Origin: an uncultured Planctomycetota bacterium
Lineage (GTDB): Bacteria; Planctomycetota; Phycisphaerae; Tepidisphaerales; Tepidisphaeraceae
Reading direction: 5' to 3'
DNA length: 64,000 bases
Assembly: GCA_963841915.1 (NCBI GenBank)
Contig: CAWJEN010000006.1
Span: 96,001-160,000 of the forward strand
Part shown: positions 19,294 through 27,997 of the stretch, one piece after another
Layout: the number at the start of each line of letters is the position of its first letter
How positions within the stretch are numbered: position 1 is the first letter of the stretch
Notes under the pieces: generated by a model
The model's database searches: none
Told to the model about the DNA's origin: nothing
Seen by the model: the letters and a program-made list of their open reading frames with translations, nothing else
Translations under genes and position numbers: made by a program

Positions 19294-20547
19294 ATGAGCC
19301 AGAACCGACTACGCCGCCTCGTCGCCCTGCCGTGCTGCTTTGCAGCCGGATTCGCCGCCTTCTTGCCGGCGACCGCCTCGGCCCAGCTTGAAGATGCCGC
19401 CGTCGAGCAGCAGACCTATCGCTGTGCCATCGTCGTCAAGAACCGTGGCATCGACGTGCCGGAAGGCACGGTCGAGTCGCTCGAAGACCAACTCGCAGCC
19501 TTACTAGCGGATGAAGGTTTCGAGCTGATTCGCCGCGAAGACGTGCTCAACGCCGTCAGCAGCCTTGCCGACTCCGGTCCTAACGTCGGCGACGACGAGC
19601 TGCTCGGCCAGGAGCTCGACACGATGCTCTCGAACAACACCAGCGCGCTGCGCCTGGCTCAGAACCTCAATGCCGACTATCTCATGACGGCGGCGATGAG
19701 CTCGTTCGACGTGTCGGCCACCGAGTTCAGCGGGTACGGCGTCGATCGCAAGATCACCGAATACACGCTCCGCACGAGCCTGGCCATCGTCGGTCGGGCC
19801 AGCGGCGCGACCAAGACGGGCAGCGTCATCACCGCGACCATCAAGCGGCCGTCGAGCGGAAACCTCCGCATCACGGGTGACGTGATGGACAAGCTGCTGG
19901 CCGACACCGCCAAGCAAGCTGCCGTCGCCTTGTCAGCCAAGGCCGACAAGGGTCGCGTCGGCTCGCCCGAAGAACTCGCCGGTCCCGAGCCGTTCTTCAT
20001 CAACGCGACGATGGGCGACTTGAGCTTCCCCGAAGTCGTCAAAAACGACGACGGCGAGTACGAAGTTACCGCCAACAACTACAAACTCCAGGCGTTCGGC
20101 GTCGTCGTCGAAATGGACGGCATTGTCGTCGGCTCGACCCCCGGCCCGTTCGAGGTATCGCCCGGCCTGCACAAGGTTCGCCTGCGTCGTCCGGGGTTCG
20201 AGGATTGGGAAGGCAACGTCAACGTCCGCGAGGGTCAGCCGCTGACGATCTCGATGGTGATGACGCCCGACTTCCGCCAGCAGTTCATGGATCAGGCCGA
20301 CTTCTTCGCCGGGCTCAAGCGTGGGGAGAAGCTGACGGACGCACAGGTGGAGGTCATGAAGGGCTACGCCGACTTCCTGAAGAACAGCGAGGTCAAGATC
20401 GGCGTCGACAAGATCAACGTCGTCAACCGCAGCCGCTTCAGCGGCATGGCCGACCTGTTCGGCGACGTGAACTACTTCGACTGGCTCGACACGCAGTCGC
20501 CGACCACCGCTCCGGGCATGGGCTCAGACGACCTGTCCGGCGAGTAG
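19294..20547 (+). CDS. Secreted PEGA-domain protein
   Basis: Signal peptide; VEMDGIVVGSTP...VSPGLHKVRLRRPGFEDW is a PEGA pattern; the N-terminal region looks CsgG/TolB-N-like. Confidence 0.75.
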   Translation: MSQNRLRRLVALPCCFAAGFAAFLPATASAQLEDAAVEQQTYRCAIVVKNRGIDVPEGTVESLEDQLAALLADEGFELIRREDVLNAVSSLADSGPNVGDDELLGQELDTMLSNNTSALRLAQNLNADYLMTAAMSSFDVSATEFSGYGVDRKITEYTLRTSLAIVGRASGATKTGSVITATIKRPSSGNLRITGDVMDKLLADTAKQAAVALSAKADKGRVGSPEELAGPEPFFINATMGDLSFPEVVKNDDGEYEVTANNYKLQAFGVVVEMDGIVVGSTPGPFEVSPGLHKVRLRRPGFEDWEGNVNVREGQPLTISMVMTPDFRQQFMDQADFFAGLKRGEKLTDAQVEVMKGYADFLKNSEVKIGVDKINVVNRSRFSGMADLFGDVNYFDWLDTQSPTTAPGMGSDDLSGE

Positions 20548-20603
20548 TGCGTAGCCCGAGTCACCTTCTTTAAGAACAACAACATCTTTTCACCGGATTG
20601 ACG

Positions 20604-21587
20604 ATGTCTCACACCTTCTCCCGCAGCCGTTTCTCTCAGATTGCAGCCAGCTTCGCGCTTGCCCTTGCGTTTGCGGTTCCCGCCGCGGCACAGGACGACG
20701 AGCCGGCAGGTAAGGCCAAACTCGGCATTGCCCCTGCCAACGTGACGGCAGGCGTCGGTGACGCCACCGCCGCCGATGGTGATGCCAACGCCTTGCGGCA
20801 GATCATGGAGTCGTTCGATGGTCAGCTCATCGACGCCTTCAACAAGACCCGCAAGTTCGACATCGTCAGCCGGAGCGACCTTGAGACGGTCCTCAAGGAA
20901 CAAGACTTTGCCGCCAGCGGCATCGTCAACGCCAGCGACGAGCAGGCGGCCCAGATGTTTCAGGTCGCCGGCTGCAAGTACATGGTGAAGGTCACCATCG
21001 ACTCCTTCCAGAACATCAAGGAGACGCTCCGCCTCGAGGGAGCGGGCGAGGTGCTGCAGAAAAGCACGCTGCAGGTCGGTGCCGTCGTCAAGATCTACGA
21101 CACGACGACCGGCGTCCTGCTCGACAGCTACAACGACCTCATCGAACTTACCGAGGTCGACGAAGGTCAGCCGGGCGTGAGCGTGCGAGGCAACAAGCTC
21201 AACCGCAACCTGCGCGAGGCCGTCCAGGAGTTCTCAGTCCGGGCCGCCAGCTACACGTCGGGTGTCATCTTCCCGGCCAAGGTCGCCGCGGTGCGCAGCG
21301 GGACGCTCTTCATCAACCGTGGTGAGGGCAGCGGCATTGCCGCAGGGCAAATCTGGACCGTCTACCTCGTCGACGGTGGCATTGTCGATCCCGATACGGG
21401 TGAAGTGCTTGGCCAGGTCGAATTGCCTCTCGGCGACGTCCGCATCACCCGCGTCTTGCCCAAGCTCAGCCAGGCTACCAGCCTCGACGGCAGCGACCCG
21501 GGCTTCGAGACCGGCATGATCGTCAGGCCCGCGCAAAGCGGTGCCGTACTGACGATCCCCGATGCTGTCGATGACTACACGCCCTGA
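20604..21587 (+). CDS. CsgG/HfaB-family secreted protein with FlgT-C-like C-terminal domain
   Basis: TRKFDIVSRSDLETVLKEQDF motif; C-terminal INRGEGSGI..G...IVDPDTGEVLG. Confidence 0.8.
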   Translation: MSHTFSRSRFSQIAASFALALAFAVPAAAQDDEPAGKAKLGIAPANVTAGVGDATAADGDANALRQIMESFDGQLIDAFNKTRKFDIVSRSDLETVLKEQDFAASGIVNASDEQAAQMFQVAGCKYMVKVTIDSFQNIKETLRLEGAGEVLQKSTLQVGAVVKIYDTTTGVLLDSYNDLIELTEVDEGQPGVSVRGNKLNRNLREAVQEFSVRAASYTSGVIFPAKVAAVRSGTLFINRGEGSGIAAGQIWTVYLVDGGIVDPDTGEVLGQVELPLGDVRITRVLPKLSQATSLDGSDPGFETGMIVRPAQSGAVLTIPDAVDDYTP

Positions 21588-21648
21588 GCCTTCACCCGTT
21601 GCCCGTCGGCCTGTATCCTACCGCACCGTCTTCCCGCGCGACCTCACA

Positions 21649-23283
21649 ATGCCTCAGACGCGACAGGTCTTCGTCTCTACCGCACTTGCCCTGGGCATGC
21701 TCGTTGTGGGCGGGTGCGCGTCGAAGCCGCACACCGTGCGGATGGAAAAGGCGCTGACGCTGTACAAAAGCGGCCAATACGCCTTGGCCGCCCAAGAGGC
21801 GAGCGTCATCGCCACCAAGAGCGACAACCCGAAGAACTTCGACACGAGCAAGCTGCCACGCGACGGCCTGATCACACGGCTCGAACAAGGCATGATGCTC
21901 CGCACGGCTGGAAATCTTGAGGGCAGCAACGCCGCTTTCGAGCGGGCCAATGCCATCCTCGAGCTTGTCGATTCTGCGGCCAAGGTGAAGCTGACCGAGG
22001 AGGCCGCCGCCGCTCTGACCAACGCGACCGCCTCGACCTATCGCGGCACGCAGTACGACCGGATTCTGCTCAGCGTTTATCTGGCGATGAACCACCTGGA
22101 GCTGGGCAACTACGAGACGGCCCGTGCTTACCTGAGACAGGCGGCCGAGCGGCAACGCTGGGCCGAACAACGCTTTGCCAAGCAGATCAGCGACGAGCAG
22201 AAAGAGGCCGACGATCTGGTCGCCGACAAAGGTGGCAACGTCAGCAATCTGCTCAGCGACGACGGCTTCAACAGTCAGATGAGTCAGGCGCAGGGCCCGC
22301 AGCCGCTCGACCTGCGTGTGTACGACGACTACCGCAACCCGCTCAGCGAGTACCTGGCGGGCGTGACGTTCTTGACCACGGGCGTTGACGCCAACGACCG
22401 AGAATTTGCCTACAGCGGCTTTCGCCAAGCGCGTGGGCTTGAGCCACAAAACCCGTACCTCGAGATCCTCGAAACTGCCGCCGACGACGTTGCCAGCACG
22501 CGTGGCGGTGCCGAGCCGATGGTGCACGTCATCTACGAAAGCGGCATTGGGCCTTGGCGGGACGAGGTCAGCTTCGCATTCCCAGCCATCCTGTTGAGCG
22601 ACGACCTGGCCCGGATCGGCACCCCCGCGATCGCGCTGCCGGTGCTCCGTTGGGGCACCGCCGCCAACCCGTATGCGCTGGTTGTGGCAGACGGTCAGTC
22701 GTATGAGACGAGTGCTCTGGTCGACGTGGACGGCCTGGTGAAGGCCGAGTGGGACGTTGAGTATCCGCGGATCGTGAGCCGAGCCGTCGCCGCGACGGTG
22801 ACGAAGGCGCTTGCCGCCTTTGCCGCCAACACCGCCGCCGATCGATTTGCCGACAACAGCGACGCGACTACGGGCGCATTGCTTCGGGTCGGCACGTTGA
22901 TCGGCACGAGCGTCTTCCAGGTCGCGACCAACGCAGCCGACACTCGGGCGTGGATGTCGCTGCCGAAGGAGGTGCAAATCGCCTCGCTGCCGGTCCCGGC
23001 CGACGGTCGCGTGACGGTGCAGGTCGGCGGGTACACGTCAGACTTCGACCTGGATCCCGATGCCGCCGGGCACCTGATCTTCATCCGCCAGCCGACCGCC
23101 TCTGCCCCGCCTGCGGTGCGAGGCGTTGCGCTCCGGCCTGGCTTTGACGCACTTCCACCTGCCGATGAACCTGCCGTTCCGTCACTGGGCGATGAGCCGG
23201 TTTACGATGACGCGGCGATGGACCGCGGCATGATTGAGTTCGACGCCGTCGATGCCAATGCTTTGCCGCCAGCCCGCCGCTGA
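21649..23283 (+). CDS. COG3014-family TPR lipoprotein
   Basis: Lipobox VGGC; Y.G..YDRILL..Y.A.N.L, and ADTRAWMSLP motifs. Confidence 0.8.
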   Translation: MPQTRQVFVSTALALGMLVVGGCASKPHTVRMEKALTLYKSGQYALAAQEASVIATKSDNPKNFDTSKLPRDGLITRLEQGMMLRTAGNLEGSNAAFERANAILELVDSAAKVKLTEEAAAALTNATASTYRGTQYDRILLSVYLAMNHLELGNYETARAYLRQAAERQRWAEQRFAKQISDEQKEADDLVADKGGNVSNLLSDDGFNSQMSQAQGPQPLDLRVYDDYRNPLSEYLAGVTFLTTGVDANDREFAYSGFRQARGLEPQNPYLEILETAADDVASTRGGAEPMVHVIYESGIGPWRDEVSFAFPAILLSDDLARIGTPAIALPVLRWGTAANPYALVVADGQSYETSALVDVDGLVKAEWDVEYPRIVSRAVAATVTKALAAFAANTAADRFADNSDATTGALLRVGTLIGTSVFQVATNAADTRAWMSLPKEVQIASLPVPADGRVTVQVGGYTSDFDLDPDAAGHLIFIRQPTASAPPAVRGVALRPGFDALPPADEPAVPSLGDEPVYDDAAMDRGMIEFDAVDANALPPARR

Positions 23284-23333
23284 TGCTTTTCCTCACGCGG
23301 CTATCCGTGTGGTGTCACCACGAGAACCAACCT

Positions 23334-23747
23334 ATGAAGACTTTCCGCTTTACCGCCGTGGCGGCCTTTGCCGTCGTCGCCTTGTCCCTCGCCGGTTGCT
23401 TCCGGCAGGGAACCAACTCGATCACCTACAAACGCGGTCAAGAGGGCCCGGTGAACGTCGAACTCGACGGCAAGCTGGCCAAACTTGCCAAGATTGTCGA
23501 CGTCAACGAGTTCGACCGCGGCGGCGTACTTAACGTCCAGGTCGACCTCGAGAATACCACCGGCCGTGATCAGAACGTGCTCGTGCAATGGACTTGGTAC
23601 GAGGGCGAGTACAAGCTGCCCGAAGGCACCGGCATCCAACGCAGCGTCAACCTCGAGGCACGCCAGGTCGAGACCATCGGCGGCGTGGCGCCCAACGGCA
23701 ACGTCGACGGCTGGCAGCTCAATGTCTATCGCGCCGAAGGTGATTGA
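23334..23747 (+). CDS. YcfL/DUF1425-family lipoprotein
   Basis: Lipobox LAGC; VQVDLENTT...WTWY...GVAPN pattern; lies between COG3014 and LpoB genes. Confidence 0.7.
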   Translation: MKTFRFTAVAAFAVVALSLAGCFRQGTNSITYKRGQEGPVNVELDGKLAKLAKIVDVNEFDRGGVLNVQVDLENTTGRDQNVLVQWTWYEGEYKLPEGTGIQRSVNLEARQVETIGGVAPNGNVDGWQLNVYRAEGD

Positions 23748-23799
23748 GCCGGCAGCATCCCACGACCTTCTGATTCACGACATCCACAAGAAACCGCAC

Positions 23800-24399
23800 A
23801 TGAACTTCCTAAGCAAGCTCCTCGTCCCCTCGATCGCCGGCCTGGCCGTCGTTGCCGCCGCTTGCAGCGACTCGGGCGGCGCACGTCGCATTGACGCCGG
23901 TGGCAGCGAGACCATCACCACCGTGGGCGACATCGACATCCAAGACTACCTCAACGCTGTCGACCAGCTCACCGAAGATCTGCTCGCCCGTGGCGTGCTC
24001 AACGCGACCGGACCCGACGGCGAAACCTTCGTCGAGATCGACCGCGTCAAGAATGACACGTCGCGGCCGGGGGTAGACATCGGTCAGATCACTGAGCGAC
24101 TCCGCGAGAACATTCTCAATAGCGGCCAAGCCCTCGTCCTGACGCCCCGCGGCGAGTCGGCGATGGCAGGCGAACGCGAACAGCGCGATCGCTTCACCGG
24201 CGACGCCAACCGCGACGATTACCCGGAGCCCGACTACTACCTCACAGGTCGTCTGTCGAACCTCGGCTCGCGTGCCGGCAGTGTGAGGCAGCAGAACTTC
24301 ACATTCCGCCTGACGCTTACCGACACCCGCGGCGTCGAGCGGTGGATCGAGAACGTCGACATCACCAAGCAAGGCAAACGCAACAGCGTCGGCCGCTAG
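23800..24399 (+). CDS. LpoB-like lipoprotein (penicillin-binding protein activator family)
   Basis: Lipobox AAAC; RRID..., D.DIQD, VKNDTS, DYYLTGRL, F.LTLTD..G...W pattern. Confidence 0.75.
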   Translation: MNFLSKLLVPSIAGLAVVAAACSDSGGARRIDAGGSETITTVGDIDIQDYLNAVDQLTEDLLARGVLNATGPDGETFVEIDRVKNDTSRPGVDIGQITERLRENILNSGQALVLTPRGESAMAGEREQRDRFTGDANRDDYPEPDYYLTGRLSNLGSRAGSVRQQNFTFRLTLTDTRGVERWIENVDITKQGKRNSVGR

Positions 24400-24569
24400 A
24401 GCAGCTTGCACGTTCACGTGGCTGACCGTCAACTCGAGTGCACCCGAGGGATGACGACTTGGACGAGCGAAGAAGCAGCCTGCTCTCCTTCGCAACGACA
24501 GCAAGACGCGGCGGACCGATGGTCCGCCGCGTCTTCGCATCGGCCTGTACATGTCGCGTAGGCTGACGC

Positions 24570-24788
24570 ATGGCGAACGTCCTCCTGATCGCGGCCTCGC
24601 TCTGTCTCATTGGTGCCGCCGTTTCGGGTGTGCTCGGGTTCGTCGTCTATCCGCGGCAGGTTCGCAAGGCCGGGAAACGCAAAGGCCCATCACCCGCGCG
24701 GGACCGCCAAGGCATGGCTCGAGCGATGTTCATCCTCTTTATGGCAGCCGCCTTCACCTGCGGGTTCTTCGGACTGCTATCGCAGTGA
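24570..24788 (+). CDS. Small two-TM hypothetical protein
   Basis: 72-aa ORF with two hydrophobic helices around a basic loop; its 3' end overlaps the PEP-CTERM gene. Confidence 0.45.
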   Translation: MANVLLIAASLCLIGAAVSGVLGFVVYPRQVRKAGKRKGPSPARDRQGMARAMFILFMAAAFTCGFFGLLSQ

Positions 24789-26277
24789 GGCCGATGGACA
24801 TGGCGAGGCCGGTCGGCTCCGGCACGGTGGCCGCCCAGCTGTCGATCGCGGCGGTCTGCGACTGAGAGCCGCCGAAGTTCGCCCGCAGGATGGCAAAGTC
24901 GAGGATTGACACGACGCCGTCACCGTTGAAGTCGCCGGTGGTGAAGAAGCCGTCATCGCTACCGAAGTTGGCCCGAAGGACGGCAAAGTCGAGGATGGAA
25001 ACCGTGTCGTCGAGATTCGCGTCGCCTGGCAACAGGTCGGCTACGTCGGGGATCTGAGCGGCGACCAGTTCCCCGCCGCCGATCGTGCGACCCGTTCCGA
25101 ACGTGATCTGGCCTGCGTTGTTTAATCCGTCGCGTGACGAACCATCCGTCGTAAATACGAGACCGTTGATGGCCCCAGCCACGCGGGTGACCTCAAACAG
25201 TCCAAGTCGAGGATCAAAGGCAAACAGGACATCATCCTGAAGAAACGCCGCCTGGCCCACGTCATTGAAGGCCACACCCGCAATGGTGCCGCCGGGTGAT
25301 AGCTGACGCGTCACCGCTCCATGGTCTGCCGTGACGAGCAGCACGTCCGTGCCGTCACTTTGCTCAGCAACGACTGCAACATCTCCAAGCTCATTGAGTT
25401 GCGGGGACCCAAAGCCGGAATAGCCGTCAGCGACCGTCGCTACCGCGGCGTAGGAAAATCCGCCGGCAGCGAGCGCTTCGGCGACGAAGATGCCTTCGCG
25501 GCTGAAGTTGCCGTTGGTTCGTTGGAACCCGCTGAAAGCAACAGCACCCGCATCATTTGTGACAGGTTCGAAAGCGCCTGCGAACTCCTGATCTGCTGAG
25601 ACTCGCAGCAGCATGCCGCCACTTGACAAGAATACCTGCCGCCGCGTCACGCCACCGTTGTCGTTGCTGAGGAACCCTTCGAATACAACGCCGCCGCCAG
25701 CCGCGACGTTGAGGTTGTCGAACAAGACGAATCGATCACCGGCCAATCCTGGTGCAGCCTGTCCAGCACGTGCGATCATGCCGTTGTCGCCGAAGATAAC
25801 ACTGTCATCGACAAGCGTGCCTCCCGGGGTCGCGTCGAGCGTTGCATGAATGACGGTGTCGCTGGCGGCGTCAAGGCCGACGGAGACGACGCTCCTGATC
25901 GTGCCGATCCCGCCCGGGCCGCTCTGGCCGGGCACTGCAAGATTCGTCACCGTGCTACCCATAACGGCGAATGCCCCGTCACCGGGTCCGGCCGTTGCGT
26001 TAGCCGTAAATGCGATGCGATCGGAGTCGTTGACGGTGGGTGTGTCGGCAGATGCCGAGGCGTAGTCGCCGTAGATCGTGGCAACGTCTTGGGCGCTGAT
26101 TGTGAACAGCCCGAAGGAGTTACCGACGATGAGACCGCTCTCACCGATGACGGCTGTCATCGGTATGGCATTCGTCGTCTTAACGACCTGTGCGTCCAGT
26201 GCCGCGGGCACCAAAGGCTGGGCCGGCGCAGCGCTCGTGATCATCAGCACAGCCGCGGGTAAGGCGATTCGAGTCAT
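24754..26277 (-). CDS. PEP-CTERM surface protein with NxxGxxAF repeats and a dockerin-like domain
   Basis: Signal peptide; NDSDRIAF/NDAGAVAF/NDVGQAAF/NNAGQITF repeats; GDANLDDTVSILDFAVLRANFG and GDFNGDGVVSILDFAILRANFG; VPEP + TM + RRTRR. Confidence 0.9.
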   Translation of the reverse strand: MTRIALPAAVLMITSAAPAQPLVPAALDAQVVKTTNAIPMTAVIGESGLIVGNSFGLFTISAQDVATIYGDYASASADTPTVNDSDRIAFTANATAGPGDGAFAVMGSTVTNLAVPGQSGPGGIGTIRSVVSVGLDAASDTVIHATLDATPGGTLVDDSVIFGDNGMIARAGQAAPGLAGDRFVLFDNLNVAAGGGVVFEGFLSNDNGGVTRRQVFLSSGGMLLRVSADQEFAGAFEPVTNDAGAVAFSGFQRTNGNFSREGIFVAEALAAGGFSYAAVATVADGYSGFGSPQLNELGDVAVVAEQSDGTDVLLVTADHGAVTRQLSPGGTIAGVAFNDVGQAAFLQDDVLFAFDPRLGLFEVTRVAGAINGLVFTTDGSSRDGLNNAGQITFGTGRTIGGGELVAAQIPDVADLLPGDANLDDTVSILDFAVLRANFGSDDGFFTTGDFNGDGVVSILDFAILRANFGGSQSQTAAIDSWAATVPEPTGLAMSIGLTAIAVRRTRR

Positions 26278-26338
26278 CACCGCTTAGTCTGCACGATTGT
26301 CGTTGCGACGTCCACAGGTGAAAGCATCCGCCGGAGGT

Positions 26339-26833
26339 TCATGCCACCGCTGCCGCGACCTGCTTGGCCGACTGACGGCCACAGGTGATCCGCTCGTGGG
26401 CGTACCGCTCATACAACGGCCGCCGCTCTTCAATGAGGTCGCCGTAGGTCATGCCGTCGGCGATCATCACGCCGCGCTTCGTCAGGTCGCCCGCTCGGAC
26501 TTCCAACACATCGGGTGGCACGTCAAGCCAGACGACCCGGCCGATCTGCCGCAGGTGTTCCATCGCCTCTTCGTCGTAGACGACGCTGCCGCCGGGTGCG
26601 TAGACGGTCGGCTTCGTCGGCCGAAGCGACAGATTCGCCTCCCGCTCGCGGCGGCGTAGTCCTTCGAAGCCCTCGCTTGCGTTGATCTCGCAAAGGGTCA
26701 TCCCGGCCTCCCGCTCGATCTCAAGATCCACGTCCACGAAGTGCCAGCCGAGCCGTCTGGCAACGAGCTTGCCCACCGTGCTCTTGCCGCAACCGGGCAT
26801 GCCGATAAGCACGAGGCTCGACGGGCCGTTCAA
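26339..26833 (-). CDS. aroK: Shikimate kinase
   Basis: LIGMPGCGKSTVGK P-loop, DVD..IE...G, GGS, ERRPLYE; TTG start overlaps the upstream TGA. Confidence 0.9.
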   Translation of the reverse strand: MNGPSSLVLIGMPGCGKSTVGKLVARRLGWHFVDVDLEIEREAGMTLCEINASEGFEGLRRREREANLSLRPTKPTVYAPGGSVVYDEEAMEHLRQIGRVVWLDVPPDVLEVRAGDLTKRGVMIADGMTYGDLIEERRPLYERYAHERITCGRQSAKQVAAAVA

Positions 26834-27876
26834 GCACCCTCCGCATCGTCGGGCAGACGGTACAGGTGGCCGAACTCGCGGTACCACTCGACAAAGCGGC
26901 TAAGGCCTTCATCAAGCTTCACCGTCGGCCTGTAGCCCAACTCCTGACCGGCAAGGCTGATGTCGGCGAACGTGCGGTTGACGTCGCCCGGCTGCATCGG
27001 CTGCTTGTCGAGGTTGGCCTTCTTACCGACCGCCTTCTCGATGCCGCTGACCAGCTCGTTGAGCGACACCGGCGAGCTACCGCCGAGGTTGTAGACGCGG
27101 TAGCCGTAGTCGGGGATGCGGTCGAGGCTGGCAACGATGCCGCTCACCGTGTCATCGACGAAGGTGTAATCACGGCTGGTCGAACCGTCACCGAAGAATG
27201 GCACGGGCGCACCGTCATCGACAAGCCGCGTGAACTTGTGGATGGCCAGGTCAGGCCGTTGCCTGGGGCCATAGACGGTGAAGAACCTCAGGCACGCGAT
27301 CGGCAGCTTGTAAAGGTGGTGGAATGTGTAGCAGATCAGCTCGCCGGCCCGTTTCGTGGCTGCGTAGGGGCTGACGGGCTCGCCAACGTGATCTTCCTCA
27401 CGGAACGGCACGCGCTTGAGGTTGCCGTAGACGCTGGAGCTGCTGGCGAAGACGAAGCGTCCGACGCCGTTGGTGCGGGCGGCTTCGAGCAGATGGGTTG
27501 TGCCTTCGACGTTGACGCGGGCGTAGTAGGCGGGCCGCTCGATTGACGGCCGCACACCTGCCATGGCGGCCAGGTGCAGGATGGCCGCCGGCTTGACGCG
27601 GCGGACGAGTTGGCTGATCGCCTCGCCGTTGCAGATGTCGATCTCTTCGACATCGATGCCCTTCTGGAACTTCTCGGACACGCTGCGAAGGTTCATCTCC
27701 TTCCAGCGACGGTCGTAGAAGTCGCTGAAGTTGTCGACGCCGACGACGTGGTGCCCGTCGGCGAGCAGACGTTCGGCAGCGTGACTCCCGATGAACCCGG
27801 CCGCACCAGTTAGAAGCACCGTCGACTTCGGTGGCAAGGTGGCGTGCGAGCTTGGCTTGGAGGTGGCGTCGGTCAC
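26830..27876 (-). CDS. NAD-dependent sugar epimerase (UDP-glucuronate 4-epimerase-like)
   Basis: TGAAGFIG, HLAAMAGVRPS, ASSSSVYG, YAATK, RFFTVYGPRQRPDLA, QPGDV. Confidence 0.92.
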   Translation of the reverse strand: MTDATSKPSSHATLPPKSTVLLTGAAGFIGSHAAERLLADGHHVVGVDNFSDFYDRRWKEMNLRSVSEKFQKGIDVEEIDICNGEAISQLVRRVKPAAILHLAAMAGVRPSIERPAYYARVNVEGTTHLLEAARTNGVGRFVFASSSSVYGNLKRVPFREEDHVGEPVSPYAATKRAGELICYTFHHLYKLPIACLRFFTVYGPRQRPDLAIHKFTRLVDDGAPVPFFGDGSTSRDYTFVDDTVSGIVASLDRIPDYGYRVYNLGGSSPVSLNELVSGIEKAVGKKANLDKQPMQPGDVNRTFADISLAGQELGYRPTVKLDEGLSRFVEWYREFGHLYRLPDDAEGA

Positions 27877-27997
27877 GGTCTGACAGCTTCCGGTGCTAAA
27901 GCGGGTTTGGCAACCGCGTCAGCAGGATCGGTCGCCAATTTGCCAGTCTGTTGACAAGAGATGGTGATTCGCACTTGCCGTCGTAGGCTTGCAGCGC

